A stretch of 64,000 nt of DNA, taken from assembly GCA_012270555.1 (NCBI GenBank), contig JAAXIC010000006.1, forward strand, positions 65,374 to 129,373, read 5' to 3'. Origin of the DNA: Chloroflexota bacterium (GTDB lineage Bacteria > Chloroflexota > UBA11872 > VXOZ01). Of the stretch, positions 39,708 through 49,792 are shown one piece after another. How positions within the stretch are numbered: position 1 is the first letter of the stretch; each line of letters starts with the position of its first letter. A model generated the notes under the pieces. That model saw nothing but the letters and a program-made list of their open reading frames with translations. It was not told the origin of the DNA and did no database searches. A program made the translations under genes and the position numbers.

Positions 39708-40970
39708 ATGCGTACCGTGGCAGTGACAGCGCTCATCAATGGCAGGATCATCGACGGCAACGGCGGCCCGCCGCTTGTGGATGGCGCCGTCCTCATTGTG
39801 GATAACCGCATCGAGGCTGTGGGAAATAATGTGGATATTCCGTCGGAGGCCCAGGTCATCGACGTCGCGGGCGCGAGCCTCCTGCCCGGCATGATGGACC
39901 TGCACGTGCACCTGAACGGTCCGTACCACGCATTGCAGAAGCTGCGAAAGTCGCTGCTGGCGGGTTTCACGACGATTGCCCACGTCGCCGGCACCATGCC
40001 GCCCGCTTCGACACAATGCCGTCAGGCGATTGCGGACGGCTGGTTCCCGGAGTGCGCCCGGCTCATTGTGGGCGCAGTGGTGGACTGCACCAACGGGCAC
40101 GTCCGGGGTCGTGTGGCGGACGGCCCGTGGGAAGTGCGGAAAGCCGTGCGTGAGATGGTGCAGGCCAAGGCTGACTTCATCAAGACGGCTGCCAGCGGCG
40201 GCTTCTGGGCGGAAGACGAAGAGACCTGGTGGCTGGACTACACCCAAGAAGAGCTGGATGCCCTGGTGGACGAGGCCCATAGCGTCGGCAGGCTCGTGGT
40301 GGTGCATTGCCACACGCAACCGGGGCTCGACATGGCGATTCAGGCCGGCTGCGATCAGATACACCACGGTGCGCTTATCGACGAGAAAGCCTTGCATGGG
40401 ATCTTGGAAAGCGAACTCTTCTTTGTGCCGACCCTGCGCGTCACGTCCCGGCAGAACATGGCGATAAAGTACGGCGCGGGGCGACCGTGGGAGACCCGCA
40501 AGATGGGCGAGGCGCACCATGTCCACCGGGAAGGCGTACGCAAGGCCCACCAGATGGGCGTAAAGATGGGTCTGGGTACGGACTGCCCGAGCACGCCGCC
40601 CTGGGACATCTGGGACAGCGGCTTTGAACTCCAAGAGTTCGTGGGCTGCGGTCTCAGCCCCTTGGAGGCCATCGGCGTGGCCACGAAGGGTTCCGCGGAA
40701 GCCATGCGGATCGACGACCGGCTCGGCACGTTGGAAACGGGCAAGCTTGCCGACGTGGTCGTGGTCGACGGCGATCCCGCCAGCGACATTCAGGCGGTGG
40801 TGAACTACGCCAACGTCCGCTATGTCTTCAAGGAAGGCAGGCTCGCAGTGAGTAGAGACCCGGCACGGCCGGCGACGGCGCATTTGGAGACCTATCCGCC
40901 TGACTTCAAGCCGATCGACGAGCGTTTTACCGCCGACCCGGCCTGGGAAGCCGCGGCCGGTCTGGCATAG
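39708..40970 (+). CDS. Amidohydrolase-family metallo-dependent hydrolase (imidazolonepropionase/Xaa-Pro dipeptidase-like)
   Basis: LLPGMMDLHVHL metal-binding HxH, internal ...GTDCP...; start at MRTVAVTALINGRIIDG. Confidence 0.6.
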   Translation: MRTVAVTALINGRIIDGNGGPPLVDGAVLIVDNRIEAVGNNVDIPSEAQVIDVAGASLLPGMMDLHVHLNGPYHALQKLRKSLLAGFTTIAHVAGTMPPASTQCRQAIADGWFPECARLIVGAVVDCTNGHVRGRVADGPWEVRKAVREMVQAKADFIKTAASGGFWAEDEETWWLDYTQEELDALVDEAHSVGRLVVVHCHTQPGLDMAIQAGCDQIHHGALIDEKALHGILESELFFVPTLRVTSRQNMAIKYGAGRPWETRKMGEAHHVHREGVRKAHQMGVKMGLGTDCPSTPPWDIWDSGFELQEFVGCGLSPLEAIGVATKGSAEAMRIDDRLGTLETGKLADVVVVDGDPASDIQAVVNYANVRYVFKEGRLAVSRDPARPATAHLETYPPDFKPIDERFTADPAWEAAAGLA

Positions 40971-41191
40971 TTGGTTTATGATGCAGTAGCCGTCTTTGAG
41001 GCAGGCAGCGAGTACGCCGCTGCTGTTCTCTACCCCGCTTGCGCCCAAGTCACCGTACATTCTCGTGGCTGATATTTGCGCAAATCGTGAACACCTGCGT
41101 CGCAGAGAGCGAATGGTTACTGTTGCAGCGAAGTCCTCTCACATCCCCTTAGGGATTGATACTGTTGCGCAGGGTCCGGAAAGGCTACGGC

Positions 41192-42637
41192 ATGTCGATC
41201 GCAGTGCGGAACACCGGTCTGCACGTGCTCAATATGCAGACGCGCATGCCCTTTCGCTACGGCATTGCGTCCTTGGTCGCCGTTCCCCATCTCTTTGTGC
41301 GCGTGGAGGCAGACATCAACGGCTCGCGGGAAGTGGGCCTTGCCGCGGACGGCCTGCCGCCCAAGTGGTTCACCAAGTATCCCGATACCTCTTTCAGCGA
41401 CGACCTGGACGAGATGTTGGCGGTCATACGACAAGCCTGCACCCAGGCGGAGGCGGCGCCACCTGCCGACAGCGTCTTTGCTTTTTGGCTTTGGCTGCAC
41501 GACCAACAGATGGCATGGGCGGCTGAGACTAGCTATCCCCCGTTACTCTGGGGTTTCGGCGTGAGCTTGGTGGAACGAGCCCTAATCGATGCCTTCTGCC
41601 GCACCACCGGCACGCCTTTCGCCCGCGCGCTGCGTGACAATACGCTTGGCATCCGGTTAGGCGCGATTCACCGTGAGCTTGCTGGGTTCAGTCCGGCGGA
41701 GTTGCTGCCTGCGGAGCCGCAGCGCAGCGTCAGCGTGCGCCACACGGTCGGACTGAGTGATCCCTTGACCGACGCGGAGATACCGGCAGAGGAGCGCGCG
41801 GACGATGGGTTGCCGCAGTCGCTCGTAGCCAGTATACGCTGCTATGGGCTGACCCACTTCAAGATCTTGATCAGCGGTGATGCTACAGCGGATCTCCGAC
41901 GGCTCCGGCAGGTCGCTAACGTGTTGGAAGCGCACGTTGGCGGCGACTACGCCTTTACCCTGGATGGCAGCGAGCAGTACACGGAGGTGGAGGCGTTTCG
42001 GCAGGCCTGGGATGTCATTCTCGTGGATCCTTCTCTGCATGAATTCCTGGGGCATCTGCTCTTCGTCGAGCAGCCGCTGCGGCGCGACGTGGCGTTGAAT
42101 CCACAGGCTAAGGCCAAGCTTCTTGCCTGGTCCGACCGTCCGCCTCTCATCATCGATGAGTCCGACGGTGCCCTGTCCAGCGTGGTGGAGGCGTTGGACT
42201 GCGGCTACGTGGGCGCCAGCTTCAAGAACTGTAAAGGCGTATTTGGCGGCATCGCCAACGCCTGTCTGCTGGCGCTGCGCCGCCGCAGGGATCCCGGCGG
42301 ATACTATGTGCAGAGCAGTGAAGACCTGGCCAGTATCGGGCCGGTGTCAATGTTGCAAGACCTAGCGGCGCTGGCAAGTCTCGGCATCGCGCATTCCCAG
42401 CGCAACGGGCACCACTACTTCGCCGGGTTGAGCATGTTCCCCGCAGACGTGCAAGCGGACGTGCTGGCCAAGCACGCGACCCTCTACCGGCGCCACGAGC
42501 GGGGCTATCCGGTCTTGGACGTCCGTGAAGGCCGGCTGGATGCCGGCAGTGTCGTGGCCGCCCCATTTGGCTATGGCATTGAGCTGGATACGCGGCGCTT
42601 TACGCCACTGGAGCAGTGGACCGTCGATTCGCTTTAG
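41192..42637 (+). CDS. Divergent enolase-superfamily protein (MR/MLE-like)
   Basis: Putative K-x-K (HFKILISG), metal ligands in FTLDGSEQY, FVEQP, IIDESD in the canonical order; unusually long (481 aa). Confidence 0.45.
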   Translation: MSIAVRNTGLHVLNMQTRMPFRYGIASLVAVPHLFVRVEADINGSREVGLAADGLPPKWFTKYPDTSFSDDLDEMLAVIRQACTQAEAAPPADSVFAFWLWLHDQQMAWAAETSYPPLLWGFGVSLVERALIDAFCRTTGTPFARALRDNTLGIRLGAIHRELAGFSPAELLPAEPQRSVSVRHTVGLSDPLTDAEIPAEERADDGLPQSLVASIRCYGLTHFKILISGDATADLRRLRQVANVLEAHVGGDYAFTLDGSEQYTEVEAFRQAWDVILVDPSLHEFLGHLLFVEQPLRRDVALNPQAKAKLLAWSDRPPLIIDESDGALSSVVEALDCGYVGASFKNCKGVFGGIANACLLALRRRRDPGGYYVQSSEDLASIGPVSMLQDLAALASLGIAHSQRNGHHYFAGLSMFPADVQADVLAKHATLYRRHERGYPVLDVREGRLDAGSVVAAPFGYGIELDTRRFTPLEQWTVDSL

Positions 42638-42713
42638 CCTATTGACTCTTGTCAATCTCTCCTCTATGCTTTGACTGTACGAGAGTTGGTGTGCATGTCT
42701 AAGGAGGATTAGC

Positions 42714-44102
42714 ATGCGAAAGCTAGTGTCTCGACGCACGTTCCTTGGTGGCAGCGCCGTTGCCGGTGCGGGTATATTGCTAGCGGCCTGCGGCACTGCG
42801 GCTCCCGCTGCTGTGGAAGAGGCGCCCGCGGCGCCAGAGCAGAAGGAAGCAGAAGCGCCCAAGATGGAGGAGGCAACGGAGATCAAGTATCTCCACTTCT
42901 CCACGCAGAGCGATGTTTGGGACAACGCCTACGACGGTATGTTCGCTACTTTCGAGGAGATGAACCCCGGTCTCAAGCTCAAGGTTGACATTGCGTCCGG
43001 CAGTTTTCCCACCTCGCTGACCGAGAAGGCGGTGGCGGCGTTTGCCAGCGGTGTTCCCTATGACGTCTATTACGGCTGGTTTGGCTATCTCAGCCAGTTC
43101 TACACTGCCGAGATGCTGGTGCCGCTCGACCCGTTCCTGGCCGCGGACCCGGATGTCAACCTGGATGACTTCCATGAATATGCCCTCGAGCGTATCGGTG
43201 GGCAGGCCTACGGCATTGCCTGGTTCACGAATGGCAAGGAGTACTGGTACAATGCCGACCTCATTGCGGAAGCGGGACTGAAGTCGCCGCGCGAGTTGGA
43301 GGCGGAAGGCAACTGGACCTGGGATGCGGTGCTGGAGATGGCTACGAAGCTCACGAAGACGGAGGGGAATCGCATCACCCGCTTTGGCACGCAGCCCTAT
43401 CGCTTCAATCGCACCGGCTGGTTCTGGATTCATCTCTTTGCCTGGGGCGGGGCGTGGTGGAATGAGGACTTCACGGCGCCTACCATCGATACGCAGCAGG
43501 CAGCCGAAGCCGCGCAGAACGCGCTGGACATGGTGATCAAACACCGGGTGGCGTATGGCCTGACCCTGGGGAAAGAGCCGAATGTGGAGCCGGACTTCAC
43601 GCAACAGACGGTGGCGGGTCTCATTACCGGCTCTTACTTTACCCGCACCATCAAAGCGCAGATCGAGACTCAGGAGGAGCCCTTCACGGTAGAGCACACG
43701 CTGCTGCCGAAGGGTCCGGCAGGCCGCATGGCGGCGCAATCCATCAACGCCAAGTGGATCAGCGCGTCAGCCACCGAGCCGGATGCCGGCTGGGAGTTCT
43801 ATAAGTTCGCGATTGGGGAGGATGCCATACCGTTCATCGCACAGCTCGGTGGCAGCCGCTATGCGGCCAACAAGTCCATTCCGCCGTTCACCCAATACGA
43901 GTATGAAGACCCCGAGGTATACGCGCAGACGGCGGCGATGAGCGTGGCCCACCGGCAAATGGTGCGCCAGTCCGAGTTGGATACGCAGTGGGCGGAAGGC
44001 TGGATCAGCTTGGAAGAAGGGAAGACCACCATTCAAGAACTGCTGGAAGAGACGCAGAAAGTGGCTGAGGTGCACCTGGAGGAAGGTGGCTGTGTCTGCT
44101 AA
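42714..44102 (+). CDS. ABC transporter solute-binding protein, family 1, TAT/lipoprotein signal
   Basis: MRKLVSRRTFLGGSAVAGAGILLAACG signal. Confidence 0.75.
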   Translation: MRKLVSRRTFLGGSAVAGAGILLAACGTAAPAAVEEAPAAPEQKEAEAPKMEEATEIKYLHFSTQSDVWDNAYDGMFATFEEMNPGLKLKVDIASGSFPTSLTEKAVAAFASGVPYDVYYGWFGYLSQFYTAEMLVPLDPFLAADPDVNLDDFHEYALERIGGQAYGIAWFTNGKEYWYNADLIAEAGLKSPRELEAEGNWTWDAVLEMATKLTKTEGNRITRFGTQPYRFNRTGWFWIHLFAWGGAWWNEDFTAPTIDTQQAAEAAQNALDMVIKHRVAYGLTLGKEPNVEPDFTQQTVAGLITGSYFTRTIKAQIETQEEPFTVEHTLLPKGPAGRMAAQSINAKWISASATEPDAGWEFYKFAIGEDAIPFIAQLGGSRYAANKSIPPFTQYEYEDPEVYAQTAAMSVAHRQMVRQSELDTQWAEGWISLEEGKTTIQELLEETQKVAEVHLEEGGCVC

Positions 44103-44123
44103 GCACATCTTGAACGCGAATTT

Positions 44124-44163
44124 TGGGGCCGGACCGGTGTGTCCGGCCCCTTCTTTTGTTTTC
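44124..44163 (+). terminator. Intrinsic terminator (GGGGCCGGACCGGTGTGTCCGGCCCC + TTCTTTTGTTTTC)
   Basis: Strong GC stem and U-tract 22 nt after the stop. Confidence 0.7.
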
Positions 44164-44295
44164 AATTGTCTTTAGGGCTCTTGCACCACTGGAAAAGTGC
44201 TTGCCGGTAGCCTGGTAGGGCTATTGTTACTACGTGTGCTCCGCGTCCGTGCATACCGCTGCGATGCCAGAGGGGAGTAGCATTTAGCCGCATAT

Positions 44296-44434
44296 CCGTT
44301 CGCCCCCGTATCAAGTACGGGGCAAGCTTTGAAACTGTCGAAGGGTTCAAAGGTCGAAGGGTAAGCGGCTCCCAACAGCCTGTTGGATCCCATCCGTTCG
44401 CCCTGAGCCTGTCGAAGGGTCTTAGGTTCAACGG
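44296..44434. repeat. Repeat cluster: family-C hairpin + three GTCGAAGGG units + family-E copy
   Basis: CCCCCGTATCAAGTACGGGG at 44303; GTCGAAGGG at 44346, 44362, 44411; CCGTTCGCCCTGAGCCTGTCGAAGGGT at 44394. Confidence 0.6.
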
Positions 44435-44532
44435 CTACTAGCTGACACTGTAAGGAAAGCCACACCGGCGCATCAATCGCCGGTATAATGATGCACTAGC
44501 AGTGCATTCGGACTCAGATTGAGGAGTGAGGG

Positions 44533-45846
44533 ATGGCGGATTCACTATTGGCCGGTGGCGCGAAGGTGGCGATCACGCCGCCTATGGGGAGCGCGTTCCA
44601 ATCAAGCCGGGCGGACCTGCGGGTCGAGAGCGTTTACCACGACCTCTACGCTACGGCTGTCGTCCTCAGCGACGGCGAGCAGAAAGTGGCAATTGTTGGG
44701 TTGGACGTGCTCGGCCTTGATGCCCCGCTGGTCAATGCGGTGCGCGCGCGCGCGGAGCAACAGACGGGAATCCCCGGCGCGCATGTCTTGATAAACGCCT
44801 CGCACAGCCACTTTGGTCCCGCCATTCTGCAGGCCCTGCCCGATGAAATAGATCAGGGATACTATCGGAGTCTGGTGCAATCGCTGGCCGACGCCGTCAC
44901 CCGCGCCGACGCGGCCCTGGAACCGGTGGCTATGCGCGCGGGAGATGCGGAAGGCACCTTTGCCATTAACCGGCGGCGCATGGAGAACGGCGAGGCTCAG
45001 TTGGCGCCGAACTACGACGGCATTGTGGACCAGCGCATCCGCGCGCTCCGTTTCGAACGGCTGGATGGGACCGTCGTTGCCATACTCTTCTCGGCAGCGT
45101 TCCATCCCACCGGCTATGCCTACCGCATGCCGGTGGTAAACGGCGACTACGTGGCCGCCGCACGCATGGAAGTGGAGCGGCAGTTTACCGACCAGGGCGC
45201 GCCGACGGTCGGCTTCCTGCAGGGCTGCGCCGGCAACCAGCGTGTGCGCGTGATCGCGCCGGGCGGCACGCGCTTTCATCCCTGCTCCGGCGAAGAGATC
45301 GACACCCACGGCCGCGGGGTTGGCGCGCTGGCCGCCCGCGCCGCCCGCGAGGCCACCATGGTGGTGGGTTATCCCATCGGCGTCGCGCACGAGTTGGTGT
45401 CCTTGCCGCTCATGCAACCGCCCACTGCGGCAGAACTCGAGGACATGCGCGCAAAGGCGAAGACCGACAACTATATGCAACTCTGGACCGGCTCGATGCT
45501 GGAGAGTCTGCGTAACGACGGGTCGCTGCCGACGAGTGTCGACTTCCCCATTCAGGTCTTGCGTATCGGCGGTCTCTGGATGGTAGGTCTGGGCGCGGAG
45601 GTATTCCTGGAAATTGGTCTACAGATTGAAGAAGCTCTCATGGCCGACAACGTGGGACAAGCCGCGTGGACGCTGGGCTACTCCAATGACACCATCGGCT
45701 ACGTCTGCACCGAAGCCTCCTACGCCGAACGCGGCTACGAACCCACCCGCTCTCACAAGTTCTACCATCTGCCGGCTCCCTACCAGCCGCAGACGGAACA
45801 CTTGCTCGTGTCTGAGGCCATCCGCATCGCGCAGAGTCTTGCCTAG
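44533..45846 (+). CDS. Neutral/alkaline ceramidase-like hydrolase (tentative)
   Basis: KVAITPP N-terminus and LINASHSHFGP resemble the ceramidase HTHSGP region; assignment tentative. Confidence 0.4.
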   Translation: MADSLLAGGAKVAITPPMGSAFQSSRADLRVESVYHDLYATAVVLSDGEQKVAIVGLDVLGLDAPLVNAVRARAEQQTGIPGAHVLINASHSHFGPAILQALPDEIDQGYYRSLVQSLADAVTRADAALEPVAMRAGDAEGTFAINRRRMENGEAQLAPNYDGIVDQRIRALRFERLDGTVVAILFSAAFHPTGYAYRMPVVNGDYVAAARMEVERQFTDQGAPTVGFLQGCAGNQRVRVIAPGGTRFHPCSGEEIDTHGRGVGALAARAAREATMVVGYPIGVAHELVSLPLMQPPTAAELEDMRAKAKTDNYMQLWTGSMLESLRNDGSLPTSVDFPIQVLRIGGLWMVGLGAEVFLEIGLQIEEALMADNVGQAAWTLGYSNDTIGYVCTEASYAERGYEPTRSHKFYHLPAPYQPQTEHLLVSEAIRIAQSLA

Positions 45847-45894
45847 TTGCAGCGAGACTTTTAGGAGTTTGCGATCTTCATGGGAACAAGCGCC

Positions 45895-45976
45895 ATTTTC
45901 CGTCATTCCGGCGCAAGCCGGAATCCATCTTCTCTGCATTCCCTGGACTCCGGCCCCCGTATCAAGTACGGGCAGG
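45895..45976. repeat. Compound repeat: family A + family-C hairpin
   Basis: TTTTCCGTCATTCCGGCGCAAGCCGGAATCCATCTTCTCT ... CCCCCGTATCAAGTACGGGCAGG. Confidence 0.7.
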
Positions 45977-46102
45977 CATTGCGCCGGAGTGACAGTCCCA
46001 ATACCGGATAGCGCCCCAGCAATTTCCCCGGATAAGGAAGGACTATTGAGGGGGAGAGGCGGCACAGAGCAATTCGGGTAAGGCTAGAGGCAGGTTGGCC
46101 CC

Positions 46103-46411
46103 TTATCCCGCCTCTTGCAGCGGCATGGGGGACGCGCCGCTGAAATGGACGCCGATGTCGCTGGCCAGGGTCTCCTGGTACTGCCAATCGGGGACCAGGC
46201 AACGGTACGGCTTGCGCAGGAGCACACGCGGCTCGCCCTGCCACTGGGTAGCGGCCACAGAGCGCTGCAAGTTTACCTGCTGGTATTCCTCAGCGTCTTC
46301 CAAGGACTCATGCAGCGAGAAGCCGTCCGGATAGTAGCGTCCCTCAGTGGCACGCCGACCCCACTCCACGCACCATAACGCCTTTTCATCCCGCATCGGC
46401 ATCTGGGACAT
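46103..46411 (-). CDS. Hypothetical acidic 102-aa protein
   Basis: Clean ORF between two family-A repeats; no homology recognised; + strand ORF 46115..46378 is its antisense. Confidence 0.3.
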   Translation of the reverse strand: MSQMPMRDEKALWCVEWGRRATEGRYYPDGFSLHESLEDAEEYQQVNLQRSVAATQWQGEPRVLLRKPYRCLVPDWQYQETLASDIGVHFSGASPMPLQEAG

Positions 46412-46470
46412 TTCTCCTAACTGCGGCTAGTGAGCCGCAAAGTCCAACATCATTCTGAGGTCAAACACCG

Positions 46471-46506
46471 TTTTCCGTCATTCCCGCGCACGCGGGAATC
46501 CATCTT
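46471..46506. repeat. Family-A hairpin repeat
   Basis: TTTTCCGTCATTCCCGCGCACGCGGGAATCCATCTT. Confidence 0.7.
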
Positions 46507-46649
46507 AATGTAGACTGGGCTACTTCCGCCCGAATCATAGCGTCAAACAAGCGCCTTAGCAACATTGGCATGACATGCTCTGACTTCACATGTGCGACAA
46601 GAGCAGACGGGTGCGCCCTCTATGCATCATCTTTGCCTCTCGCTTCGTC

Positions 46650-47804
46650 CTAAGGCGCGACTGGCGAGAACGTCTCCCTAAGCCAAGCGAGTACCCACTC
46701 AAGCGCGGCGCCGGCGTCCACACTCATTTTGCCTGCGCCAACCTGTATGAAACCCCATGTACCTTGCAACCACTGGGAAACATCGTCCGCTTCCCGCAAG
46801 ACCCATTCAGAGGCATCTCCCAATTGCCGCTGAAATCTCGCGAAAACACTAGAAGCCTCCTCCCACACCTGCACTGAGACAGCCCTTGACTCGTCCCAAG
46901 CTTCCTGTAACGGCGCAAGCCCAACGCGCTGCTTCCACTCTGCGTCAAGAGTGTAGAACCGTTGCCCCACCAGTGCAAAACCTGCAAATGCCAACGGCAG
47001 GGTCATGTGGCTCAGCACCGGCAACAGTGGGGGAAAGACGATTGTCAGGCCTACCACGAGTCCTGACATTACAATGGCAAGAGCGGCGTTCTCTAACAAA
47101 TGCTGCGCGATCTTGGAGTGCATCTCGGCTTGGCTCAGCTTGCCCTCTTGGAACATCAGCCCGTACTCCATTATGGCGAAAGTGCCTTCCGTCGCGGCAA
47201 CGACCAGGCTCCAACCTACCATGGAACTGGCCGTAAGTCTTACGGTGCTTCTCACTGCTTCCGTGTTCAAGGCTGCTCGCGCCCGCGCTATTTCCTCCGC
47301 AGTCATCGGCGCAGCGCCTCTAATCCGATTCAGCATTTTATCCTCGAAGACGCCAGCGGTGGCGATGTCACTGCCACCCAGGCTTTGCGGAATAAAGTGA
47401 CTCCAGTCACGTGAAGAGTGAAACTTCCGTACTGCGCCCGAGCCGCCCATGCGCACCTCATTAGGAATCGTCTCCCAGATCGATTGCGCTCCCACGAGAT
47501 TCCGATATGTGCTGCCGGCGGTCCGGTAATACTTAATCAAGTCTGGCGGCAAAGTATTGAAGTTGAGATTGTTAAGCCAGCTCTTGGCCAGCATACCAGA
47601 GACCCAGAACGGCAGTGCGCCGGTGCGAACGTACTGAATCAGCAAGGACTCCAGACTGATGTTCTCATGCTTTTCTTCCCCGACTATTGTCGATAAGTCC
47701 TCTCTTGTAGTGTCATCTGAGCCTCCACAGCCATAGGCCAAAAGAGTATATCCCATCAAGACAACGATGTCCCTGCGGGATAGGCCCGCCTGTGTCCGCG
47801 TCAT
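46650..47804 (-). CDS. Hypothetical lipoprotein/membrane protein (384 aa), no recognised domain
   Basis: MTRTQAGLSRRDIVVLMGYTLLAYGCGGS signal/lipobox. Central hydrophobic segments. Visibly lower GC than the neighbours. Confidence 0.45.
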   Translation of the reverse strand: MTRTQAGLSRRDIVVLMGYTLLAYGCGGSDDTTREDLSTIVGEEKHENISLESLLIQYVRTGALPFWVSGMLAKSWLNNLNFNTLPPDLIKYYRTAGSTYRNLVGAQSIWETIPNEVRMGGSGAVRKFHSSRDWSHFIPQSLGGSDIATAGVFEDKMLNRIRGAAPMTAEEIARARAALNTEAVRSTVRLTASSMVGWSLVVAATEGTFAIMEYGLMFQEGKLSQAEMHSKIAQHLLENAALAIVMSGLVVGLTIVFPPLLPVLSHMTLPLAFAGFALVGQRFYTLDAEWKQRVGLAPLQEAWDESRAVSVQVWEEASSVFARFQRQLGDASEWVLREADDVSQWLQGTWGFIQVGAGKMSVDAGAALEWVLAWLRETFSPVAP

Positions 47805-47898
47805 TGCGTGTAGACTCCTAACTTTCAATGCTCTTGTTAACTACCAATTGAACGATGATGGCACCATTTCTAGGCGGGAAGGATTCTACACTGCTCAA

Positions 47899-49395
47899 CT
47901 AAAACCACCTTGTGATCACCACTTTTCGCTCGGTGAAGAAGTCAATCGCATCCCGGCCTTGGCCGTGGAGGGTGCCGAAGAAGGACTCTTTCGCGCCGCT
48001 GAAGGGGAAGTAAGCCATGGGCGCGGCGACGCCGACGTTGATGCCGATGTTGCCGGTGGGGGCGCGGTAGCGGAACTCACGGGCCGCCGCGCCGTCCTGC
48101 GTGAAGATGGAGGCGGCGTTGCCGTAGCGCTGGTTCTCGATGAGGGTGATGGCGTCGTCGAGCGTATCCACGTGGAGCATGCTGAGCACCGGGCCGAAGA
48201 TCTCGTCGGTGAAGAGCGCCATGTCCGGCTGCACCTTATCGAAGATGGTCGCGCCAACGAACGCGCCGTTGGCGTCCTGCGTAGCCGCAGCCGCGCGGCC
48301 GTCCAGGAGCAAGTCCGCGCCTTCATCCACGCCCCGCTCGATGTAGCCGAGAATGCGCTCCTTGGCGGTCTGGGAGATAACCGGGCCGAGCTCCACGCCA
48401 TCGTCCGCGCCGTTGCCGACGGCCAGCGATCCCGCTGCCTCCACGATGGCGTCGCGCACGCGTTCATGTCCCTCGCCCACGGTCACCACCACGGAACCGG
48501 CCAGGCAGCGCTGTCCGGCGGAGCCAAACGCGGAGTTGATCACGTTGCCCACGGTCTCGTCCAGCGCGGCGTCGGGCATGACCACGAGCACGTTCTTCGC
48601 GCCGCCCTGGGCCTGCACGCGCTTGCCCTGCTCGCCCGCGCGGGCGTAGAGATACCGGGCCGTCGGCGTCGAGCCGACAAAGGAAATGCCGCGCACTTGC
48701 GGATTATCGAGCAGGGCATCCACGGCGTCTTTGGAGCCGTTCACGACGTTGATGACGCCGGGTGGAAAGCCGCATTGATCCAATTCGTCGAACACCATCT
48801 GCATGCTCGTCGGCACCTGCTCCGACGGCTTGATGATATACGTATTGCCGCAGGCAACGGCATACGGCCAGAACCAGAACGGCACCATCAGCGGAAAATT
48901 GAAAGGGCACACCGCCGCAAAGACGCCCAGCGGCTGGCGTACGACGTCTTCGTCGATGCCCTTGGCGGCGCCGTCCTCCAGGCCGTAGCCCATGAGCAGC
49001 GAGGGAATGCCGCAGGCCACTTCCACGTTCTCGATGGCGCGGCGCACGGAACCGCGGGCATCCTCCAGGGTCTTGCCGTGCTCCTGGGTGATAGCGCAGG
49101 CAAAGTCCTCGAACCGCGCTTCCATGCGGGCTTTCACTGCAAAGAGCAGGCGCGAGCGCTCCAAGGGCGGCGTGGCGCGCCAGGCCGGAAAGGCCTCCTG
49201 CGCCGCTGCTACCGCCGCGTCGGTATCCTCTTTAGATGAAAGCGGCACCTGGGCGATGGTTGCGCCGGTGGCCGGATTGGTAACGCCCAGGTAGTTCTCG
49301 GTCTGCGGGGTCACCCATGCGCCGCCCACGTAATTGCGGAGCTTGGGAGTGGCGGCCTTCTTGCCGGTTTCAGTCTGCTTGAGTTGGGAGTCCAT
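47899..49395 (-). CDS. mmsA: Methylmalonate-semialdehyde dehydrogenase (CoA-acylating)
   Basis: KLRNYVGGAWV N-terminus. ALDH catalytic segment GQRCLAGSVVV. Start at MDSQLKQ (ATG 49393-49395, RBS AAGGA). Confidence 0.8.
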   Translation of the reverse strand: MDSQLKQTETGKKAATPKLRNYVGGAWVTPQTENYLGVTNPATGATIAQVPLSSKEDTDAAVAAAQEAFPAWRATPPLERSRLLFAVKARMEARFEDFACAITQEHGKTLEDARGSVRRAIENVEVACGIPSLLMGYGLEDGAAKGIDEDVVRQPLGVFAAVCPFNFPLMVPFWFWPYAVACGNTYIIKPSEQVPTSMQMVFDELDQCGFPPGVINVVNGSKDAVDALLDNPQVRGISFVGSTPTARYLYARAGEQGKRVQAQGGAKNVLVVMPDAALDETVGNVINSAFGSAGQRCLAGSVVVTVGEGHERVRDAIVEAAGSLAVGNGADDGVELGPVISQTAKERILGYIERGVDEGADLLLDGRAAAATQDANGAFVGATIFDKVQPDMALFTDEIFGPVLSMLHVDTLDDAITLIENQRYGNAASIFTQDGAAAREFRYRAPTGNIGINVGVAAPMAYFPFSGAKESFFGTLHGQGRDAIDFFTERKVVITRWF

Positions 49396-49615
49396 TCGTC
49401 GATCCTTAATTGCCTTCTGCCGTTGTGTGTTGTCCATCGAATCCAAAGAATAGATGGTAGTCATTATAGTGTATGCGTAGGGCAATGGCTGGGCGGGCTA
49501 CTTAGTAAGAGGAAGCGATGGTCCGCGCATGCCCGTTCAGTTTCCTCATCGTAGAGGAGTGTGGCAGCGGCTATTCCAAGCAGTTGGGCCAATAGGATTC
49601 AGCCAGCACCAAGAG

Positions 49616-49636
49616 GCGGGGGACAAGCCCCCGCGC
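49616..49636. repeat. Family-D hairpin (GGCGGGGGACAAGCCCCCGCG)
   Basis: Copy of the 29510 element. Confidence 0.5.
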
Positions 49637-49655
49637 TACAGAAAACGCAAGAAAC

Positions 49656-49686
49656 CGTAGGGGCACGATAAATCGTGCCCCTACGT
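49656..49686. repeat. 31-bp palindrome CCGTAGGGGCACGATAAATCGTGCCCCTACG
   Basis: Near-identical 30-bp perfect palindrome lies inside the CDS at 58643-58672. Confidence 0.7.
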
Positions 49687-49792
49687 GCGATCAATGTGCA
49701 ATGGACTCCCAGGAGAGGAAGGTGCCTGCGGCCCACCCTGCGCGGGAACCCGCGCAAGGTGGGCGATTCTCCCCGTCAGGACGACTCCTGAA

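Noticed and set aside
39579-41060. 493-aa - strand ORF
   Set aside because: Antisense to the amidohydrolase gene, which has a clear DLHVH metal site.
42780-45480. - strand ORFs of 319 and 292 aa
   Set aside because: Antisense to the binding-protein and ceramidase-like genes.
47767-49239. 490-aa + strand ORF
   Set aside because: Antisense to mmsA.
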